Shown here: piece after piece, positions 18,592 through 26,634 of the stretch
Layout: every line of letters begins with the position of its first letter
How positions within the stretch are numbered: position 1 is the first letter of the stretch
NCBI GenBank assembly: GCA_050250855.1
Contig: JBFWNW010000003.1
Span: forward strand, 158,022 to 222,021
DNA from: Candidatus Babeliales bacterium
Lineage (GTDB): Bacteria; Babelota; Babeliae; Babelales; JACPOV01
Direction: 5' to 3'
Length of the DNA stretch: 64,000 nucleotides
Notes under the pieces: generated by a model
What the model was told of the DNA's origin: nothing
Database searches by the model: none
The model's input: only the letters and a program-made list of their open reading frames with translations
Translations under genes and position numbers: made by a program

Positions 18592-19913
18592 CGTTTAACC
18601 ATCTTGCGTAGCACAAATACAACAGGCACACCAAGCAGATCAAATTGATCACGCATAACGTTTTCAAAAAATGCAAGCTGGCTTGGTCCAAACCACGTTG
18701 GATGATTTACTTTGACCAGCAACGTCAACGGTGCTGCCGAGATTTGTTTAACGCTTCGCACATGTAATAATTCACCAGAATGATAAAGAGGCGTTCTATG
18801 CAATGCATCTTTAAAAAGCATCGTCAGTGTATGATCAGAAATTTTTTGGTTATAACGCTCCCAGACCTGTTTAATTAAAGGTAAAATTTTGCCAACATTT
18901 TTACCACTTTTGCATGAAATAAAAAGATGAGGAATCTTTTTGAACAATTGACGATAAAACTCAAATTGCTCTTCAAATTTTTCACGTATTTCTTCATCAA
19001 CTAAATCTGTTTTATTAATCAGAAGAATAAGCGCTTTACCTTGTTCAAATGCATAAAAAGCTAATTTTAATTCTTGGTCACTTAATTGTCCTTCAGAGCC
19101 ATCAACCAACAATAAAACAATATCTGCATTATCAATAGCGGTGAATGATGTTTTGACCATCAATTTTTCTAGAGGCTCTTCCACTTTGCGCTTACGTCTA
19201 ATTCCTGGCGTATCAGTCAAGGTAAATGTTTCTTGATAAAATTTTATCGGTTCAGTAATTGCTTCGCGCGTGGTACCTGGAATTTCGCTCACTAAAACAC
19301 GTTCTTGCTCTAGCATAATATTCATGAGTGAAGATTTTCCAACGTTTGGCTTACCAATAAATGTTACACGCAAGGTTGGTTCTTCTTGTTTGCTTTGAGA
19401 CTTTTCAGGAAGTACCGCAAGCAATGCATCAAGTACCTCTGCTATACCGGTACCATGCTGCGCAGAAATACCAAGAACATCAGAAAAACCTAATTGAAAA
19501 AAATCATACGTATTTGCTTGTGCCTGTTGATTATCAATTTTATTAACGGCAATAATGACCGGTTTTCCTGTTTTGTGCAGCACTTTTGCAAGTTCACGAT
19601 CTTCTACCGTAAGACCAGCGCTTCCATCAACAACAAAAAGTAATACATCCCCCTGATCTAATAAATTCAAACCAAGTAGACGCACCTGCTCTGCCAAAGG
19701 ATCTTGTGATTTTCTTAATGAAATACCACCACTATCAAGCAAGGTAAAGCAACGATCTTGCCAACAGATCACATCTTTTACAAAATCTCGCGTTACCCCT
19801 TCATAATTAAGGGCAAGGCTTTTTACATTTTCTGACAAACGATTAAAAAAAGTAGATTTGCCAACGTTGGTACGACCAACAATAATAACTTGGGGCAATT
19901 TATGCATGCTCAT
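18588..19913 (-). CDS. der: Ribosome biogenesis GTPase Der (EngA)
   Basis: Two G domains: GRTNVGKS/DSGG/NKID and GKPNVGKS/DTPG/NKTD. Confidence 0.96.
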   Translation of the reverse strand: MSMHKLPQVIIVGRTNVGKSTFFNRLSENVKSLALNYEGVTRDFVKDVICWQDRCFTLLDSGGISLRKSQDPLAEQVRLLGLNLLDQGDVLLFVVDGSAGLTVEDRELAKVLHKTGKPVIIAVNKIDNQQAQANTYDFFQLGFSDVLGISAQHGTGIAEVLDALLAVLPEKSQSKQEEPTLRVTFIGKPNVGKSSLMNIMLEQERVLVSEIPGTTREAITEPIKFYQETFTLTDTPGIRRKRKVEEPLEKLMVKTSFTAIDNADIVLLLVDGSEGQLSDQELKLAFYAFEQGKALILLINKTDLVDEEIREKFEEQFEFYRQLFKKIPHLFISCKSGKNVGKILPLIKQVWERYNQKISDHTLTMLFKDALHRTPLYHSGELLHVRSVKQISAAPLTLLVKVNHPTWFGPSQLAFFENVMRDQFDLLGVPVVFVLRKMVKR

Positions 19914-21591
19914 CCTTTGGAACTTCCGTCACGGTGCCGGGAAAAATTTTTAATACTAAATTTGTTTTTTTCCATCTATCAGTATCTGATACATCAATTG
20001 CTTTTTCTACTACCTTTTTTTGTGGAGATGCGTATAGAGGGCGCTTTTGAGAGCTGAACTTTTCTGGCTGTTGCGCTTGCTGCTTTGGTCTTGGTGCAAC
20101 AGGTGGCCTTACTGTAGATAGTTCACGCGGTACAGGTGTTGTCTGCTTTGCTGGATCTGCAAATAGAGATTTGACGGTTGTTGTTGCGCCAAAAAGCTGC
20201 GCAATAATAGGCTGCCAATCTTTTGCCGTATCTTTAAGAAGATCTTCAAAAAATGAAAAGTTTTCAGGAAATATGAGGGTAATAATAGTATCTTCATGCG
20301 CAGCAAATCGCCCTTGCTTGAATACCGAAAAAACAAGTGGATCATTCAACAAGGAAACTTTTTCTAAAAAAGAATGCCACAGCGGATTCCCTGCTGTTTG
20401 ATTTTCTATCGGTGCTGCTTTTTGCGGTAACACCGTTGGCTTGACTGCATCTGAAGTATGTACCGAAGCTTTTTCACGTGATTGCGAACCATGATTACCA
20501 CCTTTAACTTTTTGCGCTATGCATACTAAAACATATTCAAGCACAGCATGTTGGGCTCGCGTTTTTGCAAACAACAACTCATGATCGTAAAAAAGCTGTA
20601 AACATTCGGTGAAAAACTGAGTAGAATGGCGCTCTATCAATAGTGCTAATTCTTCAGAAAAAGAAACGGTGATACCATATCCTGACCATAACGCCTTACG
20701 CATTAATTCTACACTTGCATCCCATGCAATTGATGCAGAAAAAGAATGGAATGAAATTTCCTGCATATAAGAAAGTGCTTGTGCAATGTTTCCTTGTAAA
20801 ATAAAGGAAAACAGATGCATTAAACGCTCTTGATCCAAATGACCAAGTACACCCAATACAGCTTGCGCGCTCACCGTACGTGCCGTAAAACGCACTTGCT
20901 CTAACAAGTTAAGGGCATCACGCACAGAGCCTTCTGTTTGTTTGACAATCAGCTCAAGCGCTTCTTTCTCATAGGAAATTTCTTCTTTTGTGCAAACAAA
21001 TTCTAAATGCTTTACTAATGCGGCAGAAGGTAATGCTTTGAAAAAAACTTGAAAGCAACGCGATGTTACGGTTTCTATAATTTTTTGAGGATCGGTTGTT
21101 GCTAAAATAAAAAATACTGAAGCTGGTGGTTCTTCTAAAATCTTTAAAAAGGCATTAAAAGCTGCCTTACTGAGCATATGGGCTTCATCAATCAGATAAA
21201 TTTTTTTGCGCCCAAGCAGTGGCATAAGAGAAGCGGCATCAATAATGCTGCGTACATTATCAACGCCCGTATGAGAAGCGGCATCAATTTCTATAAAATC
21301 TGGATGGTTACCGCCTTTCATGGCACTACAAGAAGCACACGAAAGGCAAGGGATTGCTTCTTTAGGGTTTTTCTGAAATACCGGCAAATTTTGGCAATTA
21401 ACCGCAGCAGCAAATATACGTGCTGCCGTTGTTTTTCCACAGCCTCGCTGGCCAGAAAAAAGATACACGGGGAAGTAATGGTCCAGATATAAACTGTTTT
21501 TTAGCATACGTACTGGCAGCTCTTGCCCAACGATTTCATTAAAGGTACGGGAGCGCCATTTACGTGCTAAGTTTAACTTTATTTCACTCAT
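19900..21591 (-). CDS. dnaX: DNA polymerase III subunit gamma/tau
   Basis: LARKWR...F..IVGQ, GQRGCGKT, Zn cysteines, EIDAASH.GVD, IDEAHML, SRC. Confidence 0.96.
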   Translation of the reverse strand: MSEIKLNLARKWRSRTFNEIVGQELPVRMLKNSLYLDHYFPVYLFSGQRGCGKTTAARIFAAAVNCQNLPVFQKNPKEAIPCLSCASCSAMKGGNHPDFIEIDAASHTGVDNVRSIIDAASLMPLLGRKKIYLIDEAHMLSKAAFNAFLKILEEPPASVFFILATTDPQKIIETVTSRCFQVFFKALPSAALVKHLEFVCTKEEISYEKEALELIVKQTEGSVRDALNLLEQVRFTARTVSAQAVLGVLGHLDQERLMHLFSFILQGNIAQALSYMQEISFHSFSASIAWDASVELMRKALWSGYGITVSFSEELALLIERHSTQFFTECLQLFYDHELLFAKTRAQHAVLEYVLVCIAQKVKGGNHGSQSREKASVHTSDAVKPTVLPQKAAPIENQTAGNPLWHSFLEKVSLLNDPLVFSVFKQGRFAAHEDTIITLIFPENFSFFEDLLKDTAKDWQPIIAQLFGATTTVKSLFADPAKQTTPVPRELSTVRPPVAPRPKQQAQQPEKFSSQKRPLYASPQKKVVEKAIDVSDTDRWKKTNLVLKIFPGTVTEVPKDEHA

Positions 21592-21648
21592 AGTAGTTTA
21601 AGAATAGAGCAAAAAGAGAAATTTGCCAAAGTATACTTAAAAATCCTG

Positions 21649-21861
21649 CTAATCTTGCTTTTCTTTTTGACTTAGATCAGTAGAACTCACGTGACCGTAC
21701 TGTTGATTTTGTACGTCATTGACCGGTGGGGTTATTAATCCTTTTTCTTGGAAATAGTGCCACAAAAATTCCAGGCAATTTGAACAACCCTCTGCTTCAT
21801 CCATACCTTGTACTGCAAAAACCATGCTACATGCTACTACTAATAAGAACTTCTTCATCAA
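21649..21861 (-). CDS. Small hypothetical secreted protein
   Basis: GAGG RBS; MKKFLLVVACSMVFAVQG|M signal peptide like other orphans in this window; CxxC. Confidence 0.6.
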   Translation of the reverse strand: MMKKFLLVVACSMVFAVQGMDEAEGCSNCLEFLWHYFQEKGLITPPVNDVQNQQYGHVSSTDLSQKEKQD

Positions 21862-21878
21862 AAAACCTCAAAAAAAAT

Positions 21879-21962
21879 GGGAAGCGATACAAGATATTTT
21901 ACACTTCTGCTGCTTCGTTTCCGACCTGACAGGGTGAGCATAAAAAACCTTTATTGCTTCCC
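21879..21962 (-). ncRNA. ffs: Signal recognition particle RNA (4.5S, small bacterial form)
   Basis: Minus strand GGGAAGC...TCAGGTCG-GAAA-CGAAGCAGC...GCTTCCC followed by a T-tract; helix-8 consensus; lies between tRNA-Ser and dnaX. Confidence 0.93.
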
Positions 21963-22054
21963 AAACTTATAATTTCATTAACAAGATATTGTTATGGTAT
22001 CTTATTTTATAAAAAAAACAACCGAAAAATAAAAGGCCCGCTACGCGCGACGGC

Positions 22055-22228
22055 GGATGGCCGTGCCATACGTAGCTTTAGCGAAGTTAGACTTCTGTAT
22101 TAAGTTCGGCCCTACTACGCCAAGGCTTCGAAGGGCATACTTCGCTTTCGTTTTCTTTAGTTAATCGTTCTTATTATATCAACCTTTAAAAAGGATGGCC
22201 TGCCATACGTAGCTTTAGCGAAGTATGG
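22055..22228. repeat. Cluster of GTAG/CGAA-type palindromic elements at the tRNA-Ser 3' end
   Basis: Direct repeat GGATGGCC(G)TGCCATACGTAGCTTTAGCGAAGT at 22055-22087 and 22193-22224, with a related hairpin GCCCT-ACTACGCCAAGGCTTCGA-AGGGC between them. Confidence 0.8.
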
Positions 22229-22317
22229 CGGAGAGAGAGGGATTCGAACCCTCGATGCCTTTTTAGAGACATACACGATTTCCAATCGTGCTCCTTCGAC
22301 CGCTCGGACATCTCTCC
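22226..22317 (-). tRNA. tRNA-Ser(GGA)
   Basis: GGAGAGA acceptor stem, anticodon arm CACGA-TTGGAAA-TCGTG, long variable arm, GGTTCGAATCC T-loop, encoded CCA. Confidence 0.97.
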
Positions 22318-22328
22318 AACCTTTTAGT

Positions 22329-23180
22329 CTATTTTTTTGCAGTTTTTACCGGCTCTTTAGTTTTCATTTTCTTAAGAACAGGTTTTTCTGCTTTTTCTTT
22401 TTTAGATGTTGTTTCTTCTTCTTCATCTAATACTGCTACATCAGTCTCTGCAGCTTTAATTTCTTCAACCGTTGGCTTTTTCTGCTCTTTAGGTTTACTT
22501 ACAGATGCCTGCTGACCTTTTTGAACTGCTTGCGCAAGATAGTCTAAAATAATGCTAATTGATTTTGGCGCATCATCATTGCATGGGATAACATAATCAA
22601 CCGCGCTTGGATCGCTATTTGTATCTACTAATGCAACAACAGGAATTCCCATGCTCATTGCCTCACGCAATGCTGTTGACTCTTTTTTGACATCAACAAG
22701 AACAATAGCCGCCACAGGCCAGCTCATATTAATAATTGAGCCGATGTTTTTGTTAAGGCGGTCAATGCTCTTTTGCATAACGCCAAGCTCTTTTTTAGTA
22801 TAATGTGCATGCTCAGTTTTTTTGACAACATCCTCAAGATGCAACAGCTTAGTGAATGATTTTTTCACTTGGGGATTATTAGTAAGCGTACCACCAATCC
22901 AACGATGTGTTACAAAAGGATTGTTAAGCTTTTCGCCTACTTGCTTGATAATCCCTTGAGCAGCTTTCTTGGTACCAATCCACATAATGGTTTTACCTTC
23001 TGCTGCAACATTTTCTAGAAATTTAGCAGCACGATCTAACTGACGAGCTGTTTTTGAAACATCAATAAGATGTATGCCATCACGGTAGCCCCAAATATAA
23101 GGTTCCATTTTAGGGTTCCAGCGAGACATTTTGTGTCCAAAGTGGACACCTGCTTCTACAAGCTTTTTATAATCGATCAT
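22329..23180 (-). CDS. rpsB: 30S ribosomal protein S2
   Basis: LVEAGVHFGH...WNPKM, RWIGGTLTN, DTNSDP...IPCNDDA. Confidence 0.98.
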   Translation of the reverse strand: MIDYKKLVEAGVHFGHKMSRWNPKMEPYIWGYRDGIHLIDVSKTARQLDRAAKFLENVAAEGKTIMWIGTKKAAQGIIKQVGEKLNNPFVTHRWIGGTLTNNPQVKKSFTKLLHLEDVVKKTEHAHYTKKELGVMQKSIDRLNKNIGSIINMSWPVAAIVLVDVKKESTALREAMSMGIPVVALVDTNSDPSAVDYVIPCNDDAPKSISIILDYLAQAVQKGQQASVSKPKEQKKPTVEEIKAAETDVAVLDEEEETTSKKEKAEKPVLKKMKTKEPVKTAKK

Positions 23181-23205
23181 AATATCCTTTCAGGTTATAT
23201 CGATC

Positions 23206-23279
23206 GCCTTCTGGGTTTGGCCTACACAGGCCAATAACCACCCGATTTACAAAGAAGGCAAGAGTTAATAAGTGTAGCA
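23206..23279 (-). promoter_or_regulatory. rpsB promoter (extended -10 TGcTACACT) and structured 5' leader
   Basis: Nested stems GCCTTCT/AGAAGGC, GGGT/ACCC and TTGGCCT/AGGCCAA between the -10 box (23271-23276) and the RBS. Confidence 0.6.
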
Positions 23280-23310
23280 AATAGTTTAAAAATCACAATC
23301 AAAAGCTGCT

Positions 23311-24711
23311 TTAGCTCCCAATAACCTCATTATTCTTGACAGCACGAGCATAGCGTTTACCCAATAAATAGGCAGTTGCCAACCAACCAATAATAACAAG
23401 TATGAAGGTCGAGCCGTGAACTACAAACTGCATAACCGGCCCAACAAAGTCTGAAATAATATTGAATACAGACCCGCAACCTCGTGCCATTTTTGATCCA
23501 AAAGCATCAATCCATGCCTTGGATTTAAATTTAATATCTTTAACAGTAGGAATATACAAGCTTTCTCTAACCGGCATTGCAAACGCATAATTCACTGATT
23601 TCATCATAACAAAAACCAAGGTTAACGTTAGAGGGGAAGGCCACACCCAAAAAAACAAAAGAAGCAAGCCATTTACTGCAGGAATAAACAATAAGCAAAA
23701 ACGTTCACCTAAAAAGCGCATCATATTTCTCGTTCCTATCAAAGAAATAAAAAATCCTGCAAGATGCATAGAAAACATTTGTTGGTACAAACGATAGCTA
23801 ATATCAGAAACAGAGCTAGCATCTAATTGCACAACCACAAGGCGCTGATAACTTAAAATTGCATTCAACACTTCGTAAAAAAAGAGCATACCAAAAATCC
23901 CTAATATATAAGGACGACTGAACAACATGGTCAATCCGGACCAAAGACCAAGACTCTCTTCTTTTTCTACTTTCTTTTCTTTTTCTTTCTCTTTTTCTAG
24001 TTGATAAACCGCTTCATAGCCATGTAAAAAACTACCAGGAACAGATTTCATAAGATATTTAACAACGAAAGGAATTACTAATGCAAAACATGAAAAGACT
24101 ATCAATAAAATTTGATGATTGACAACATCAGAAAAAAATGGCTTTCCACTAACATCTCGCATTGTCAAAAAAAACCATGCAAAGCCTGCACTTAAAATAC
24201 CACCTAGCTTTGAGCCTGATACTAAAACGCCATAATTCTTTTTGGCCATCTGAGGATCACTCACTGAATTCGAGAATGCCCAGAATACACTCACCACAAA
24301 AGGAGAATATCCTTCTACAAAAAAATAAAACACCCAGCCAAACAAACGCCATGGACTTGCATCAGTATTTAACAACCCAATAGTCGGATGCCCAATAACA
24401 TACGCACATATAAAGCCAAAAATTGCATAGGCAATGCTATAAAAATAAAGAAGCTGATAACGGCGAAGTTTATCAACAAGTAATGAATAAAAAAGAATGG
24501 CTGGTATAAGAACAACCATTGCCAAACCTTTGGCATAGGGAACATATTCTCTGCCAACAACGGTCATAAAAATTGAACTTTTTAGATCATAGATCATGGT
24601 ATATGCAGCAATCACAAATAAATAAGTAAGTGATAGTAACATAATTTTTGTTCGTTCATGTTTTTCTTTGCCAAACAGAGAAACCGATATCTGTGAAAGC
24701 ACCTGATTCAT
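23311..24711 (-). CDS. TLC/NTT family nucleotide (ATP/ADP) translocase 2
   Basis: About 12 TMs; K.SIF, SVFWAF.N, K.VNYAF..P.RE.LYIP...DIKFKSKAWID.FG; start moved to the ATG at 24711 (AGGGG RBS). Confidence 0.85.
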   Translation of the reverse strand: MNQVLSQISVSLFGKEKHERTKIMLLSLTYLFVIAAYTMIYDLKSSIFMTVVGREYVPYAKGLAMVVLIPAILFYSLLVDKLRRYQLLYFYSIAYAIFGFICAYVIGHPTIGLLNTDASPWRLFGWVFYFFVEGYSPFVVSVFWAFSNSVSDPQMAKKNYGVLVSGSKLGGILSAGFAWFFLTMRDVSGKPFFSDVVNHQILLIVFSCFALVIPFVVKYLMKSVPGSFLHGYEAVYQLEKEKEKEKKVEKEESLGLWSGLTMLFSRPYILGIFGMLFFYEVLNAILSYQRLVVVQLDASSVSDISYRLYQQMFSMHLAGFFISLIGTRNMMRFLGERFCLLFIPAVNGLLLLFFWVWPSPLTLTLVFVMMKSVNYAFAMPVRESLYIPTVKDIKFKSKAWIDAFGSKMARGCGSVFNIISDFVGPVMQFVVHGSTFILVIIGWLATAYLLGKRYARAVKNNEVIGS

Positions 24712-24755
24712 CAAAAAATCCCCTAGACTTAATTCATTCAAAAACAGTTTAGCTA

Positions 24756-24791
24756 CAAAAATAGCCTTCCAAAGCAAATCTGGAAGGCTAT
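24756..24791 (-). terminator. Intrinsic terminator between the two NTT genes
   Basis: ATAGCCTTCCA...TGGAAGGCTAT hairpin followed by TTTTT on the minus strand. Confidence 0.7.
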
Positions 24792-24816
24792 AATTTATTA
24801 GTTCATCATAACAAAC

Positions 24817-26199
24817 TTAACAAATAACTTCTTTGCGTTTGATTGCAGTATTATACGTACGAGCAACGTACACCGCAATAAAGAACCAAACACCAATAAG
24901 CCCTAGAGAAATTACAGAACTTACTACAATAAACCATGCGGCACCATCAAGATATCCTTGGTTCTTGATGAAGAGGCCACGATAGTCATTGATATATGAA
25001 CCTGCAGCTTTTGAACCGCGAGAACCAAACATCTCAATCCATGCTTGAGATTTATATTTAGTATCCGTTGAAGTTGGAATATAAAGCTGCTTTAAAGTTG
25101 GTTGATTTAATGCATAGTTAACCGCTTTTGCAATTACCATGATCCAGAACACTATTGATAAACTTGGATCCGCATAAAGAACAAATACTGCTGTACCCAC
25201 CAAAAGAGGCATCAATACTAATGAAGCAGTCATACCCATTTTACGTTGAATATTGTTAATACCAAAAATAACACACAAGGTAGCTACTACGCCAGTCATC
25301 ACTGCATAATTATTTAAATATTCAGCATGATCAATTTCAATCGGGAATGCAGCTTTTGACATAGCTTTAAGCAAGAAGTCAAAAATGGTAACAATTACTT
25401 CGTAAATAGAAACAACTAAGAAAATACCAAGCAAATATGGCTGTGTTAAAAGAAGCTTTAAGCCCTCCCAGAAGCCAGGCTCTTCACCTTCGCGTTTTGC
25501 AGCTGTGTCTTTTGATTCAAAACCTTTTAGCTGTCTTTTTGGTGTTGTCTTTAAGAATAGCCACATTAAGAATGCCATACCAAAACAAAAAACACCTACA
25601 ATAGCAATAATAGGGCTACTGTTTGCAAAACCTAAACGCTTTGCACGCAAGAAGTATGGCCCAAAAATATTACCCATTTGACCTAGCAATGCAATAATAG
25701 GAAAACCACGTCTTGCAGAATCTTCCGGCGTAATATCAACAGTAATCGCCCAAAAGAGCGCTACAATTAATGAACCAAAGCTTTCTACAAATACATACCA
25801 CAACCAACCAATGATTCGTGTTGAATCAGTTGTAGTATTTGGCAAGCCGTATACAGGATGGCTTAGATAGTATGCAAAGACTAAGCTTGCGATACCATAA
25901 AAAACGGTCAATACATAGAAAAGCTTTTGACGTGGAAACATGTCAATCAATTTGCTATAGATAATTACCAAAGGAACGATGATAAGCAAAGAAAGCCACT
26001 TTGCGCGAGGTTGCCAGTCAACACCCACAATAGCTGCAAAGATACTATCTTTTATCGGACGGAACGCCCAGTAAGAACCAATAATAAGACCAAAAATAGC
26101 ACCTAAGAAAAGAAATTTTTGCAACTCTTCTCTACTCTCAAACTCACCCCACATTGAAGTGGCAAAACTTTTTAAACGAGAAACAACACCGTTTAACAT
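24817..26199 (-). CDS. TLC/NTT family nucleotide (ATP/ADP) translocase 1
   Basis: YW.FRPIKDSIF, ES.GSL.VALFW, KAVNYALNQP....LYIP...D.KYKS..WI..FG.R.SKA.GS. Confidence 0.87.
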   Translation of the reverse strand: MLNGVVSRLKSFATSMWGEFESREELQKFLFLGAIFGLIIGSYWAFRPIKDSIFAAIVGVDWQPRAKWLSLLIIVPLVIIYSKLIDMFPRQKLFYVLTVFYGIASLVFAYYLSHPVYGLPNTTTDSTRIIGWLWYVFVESFGSLIVALFWAITVDITPEDSARRGFPIIALLGQMGNIFGPYFLRAKRLGFANSSPIIAIVGVFCFGMAFLMWLFLKTTPKRQLKGFESKDTAAKREGEEPGFWEGLKLLLTQPYLLGIFLVVSIYEVIVTIFDFLLKAMSKAAFPIEIDHAEYLNNYAVMTGVVATLCVIFGINNIQRKMGMTASLVLMPLLVGTAVFVLYADPSLSIVFWIMVIAKAVNYALNQPTLKQLYIPTSTDTKYKSQAWIEMFGSRGSKAAGSYINDYRGLFIKNQGYLDGAAWFIVVSSVISLGLIGVWFFIAVYVARTYNTAIKRKEVIC

Positions 26200-26267
26200 A
26201 AAAATGGAACCTTTCCTTTAAACAAAGGGAAATAAATGTAACACGTCCGAACACGATTTCACCAAGG

Positions 26268-26296
26268 ATTGTAGCAAAAGATTAAGCATTTGTAAA
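26268..26296 (-). promoter_or_regulatory. Sigma70-like promoter for NTT1
   Basis: TTTACA-17 nt-TACAAT with an extended TG, about 70 nt upstream of the ATG. Confidence 0.55.
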
Positions 26297-26634
26297 AATA
26301 TTTACTCTTTTAAGGCCATAAAAAGCACTTTTTAACGCAAAAATCACAACAACCCTGCCTACAAAACCCTCTTTCCTATTTTTTCATAAAAACACCTCCT
26401 TAAAGATACAAAACAGCCTAATTACTTGGAATTTTCACGTTATTATTAAGTTTACTATTCTCTTAATATTTGGTAAAATTTTAGTAGCATAAAAATGGAG
26501 GATTTTACCTACTTTTAGAGAAAAAACAGGTTCAAAGAGCCCTTATAGACAAGCCCATTTGACCAAAATAGAAATTTTTAATAAAATTATACCAAGAGCT
26601 AGTTTCAAATAGAAAATTAAGTGAGGAATGCCCT

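Noticed and set aside
20013..20022. In-frame A AAA AAG slippery heptamer in dnaX
   Set aside because: It is close to the C-terminus rather than after domain III, has no evident stimulatory hairpin, and such runs are common in this A-rich genome
22055..22317. Integrative element att site at tRNA-Ser
   Set aside because: The direct repeat duplicates the trailer element, not the tRNA 3' half; no integrase or cargo is present
26376..26400. Perfect Shine-Dalgarno AGGAGGTG followed by ATG AAA AAA TAG on the minus strand
   Set aside because: The ORF is only three codons and lies upstream of the likely NTT1 promoter; it may be a gene remnant, but nothing supports a function
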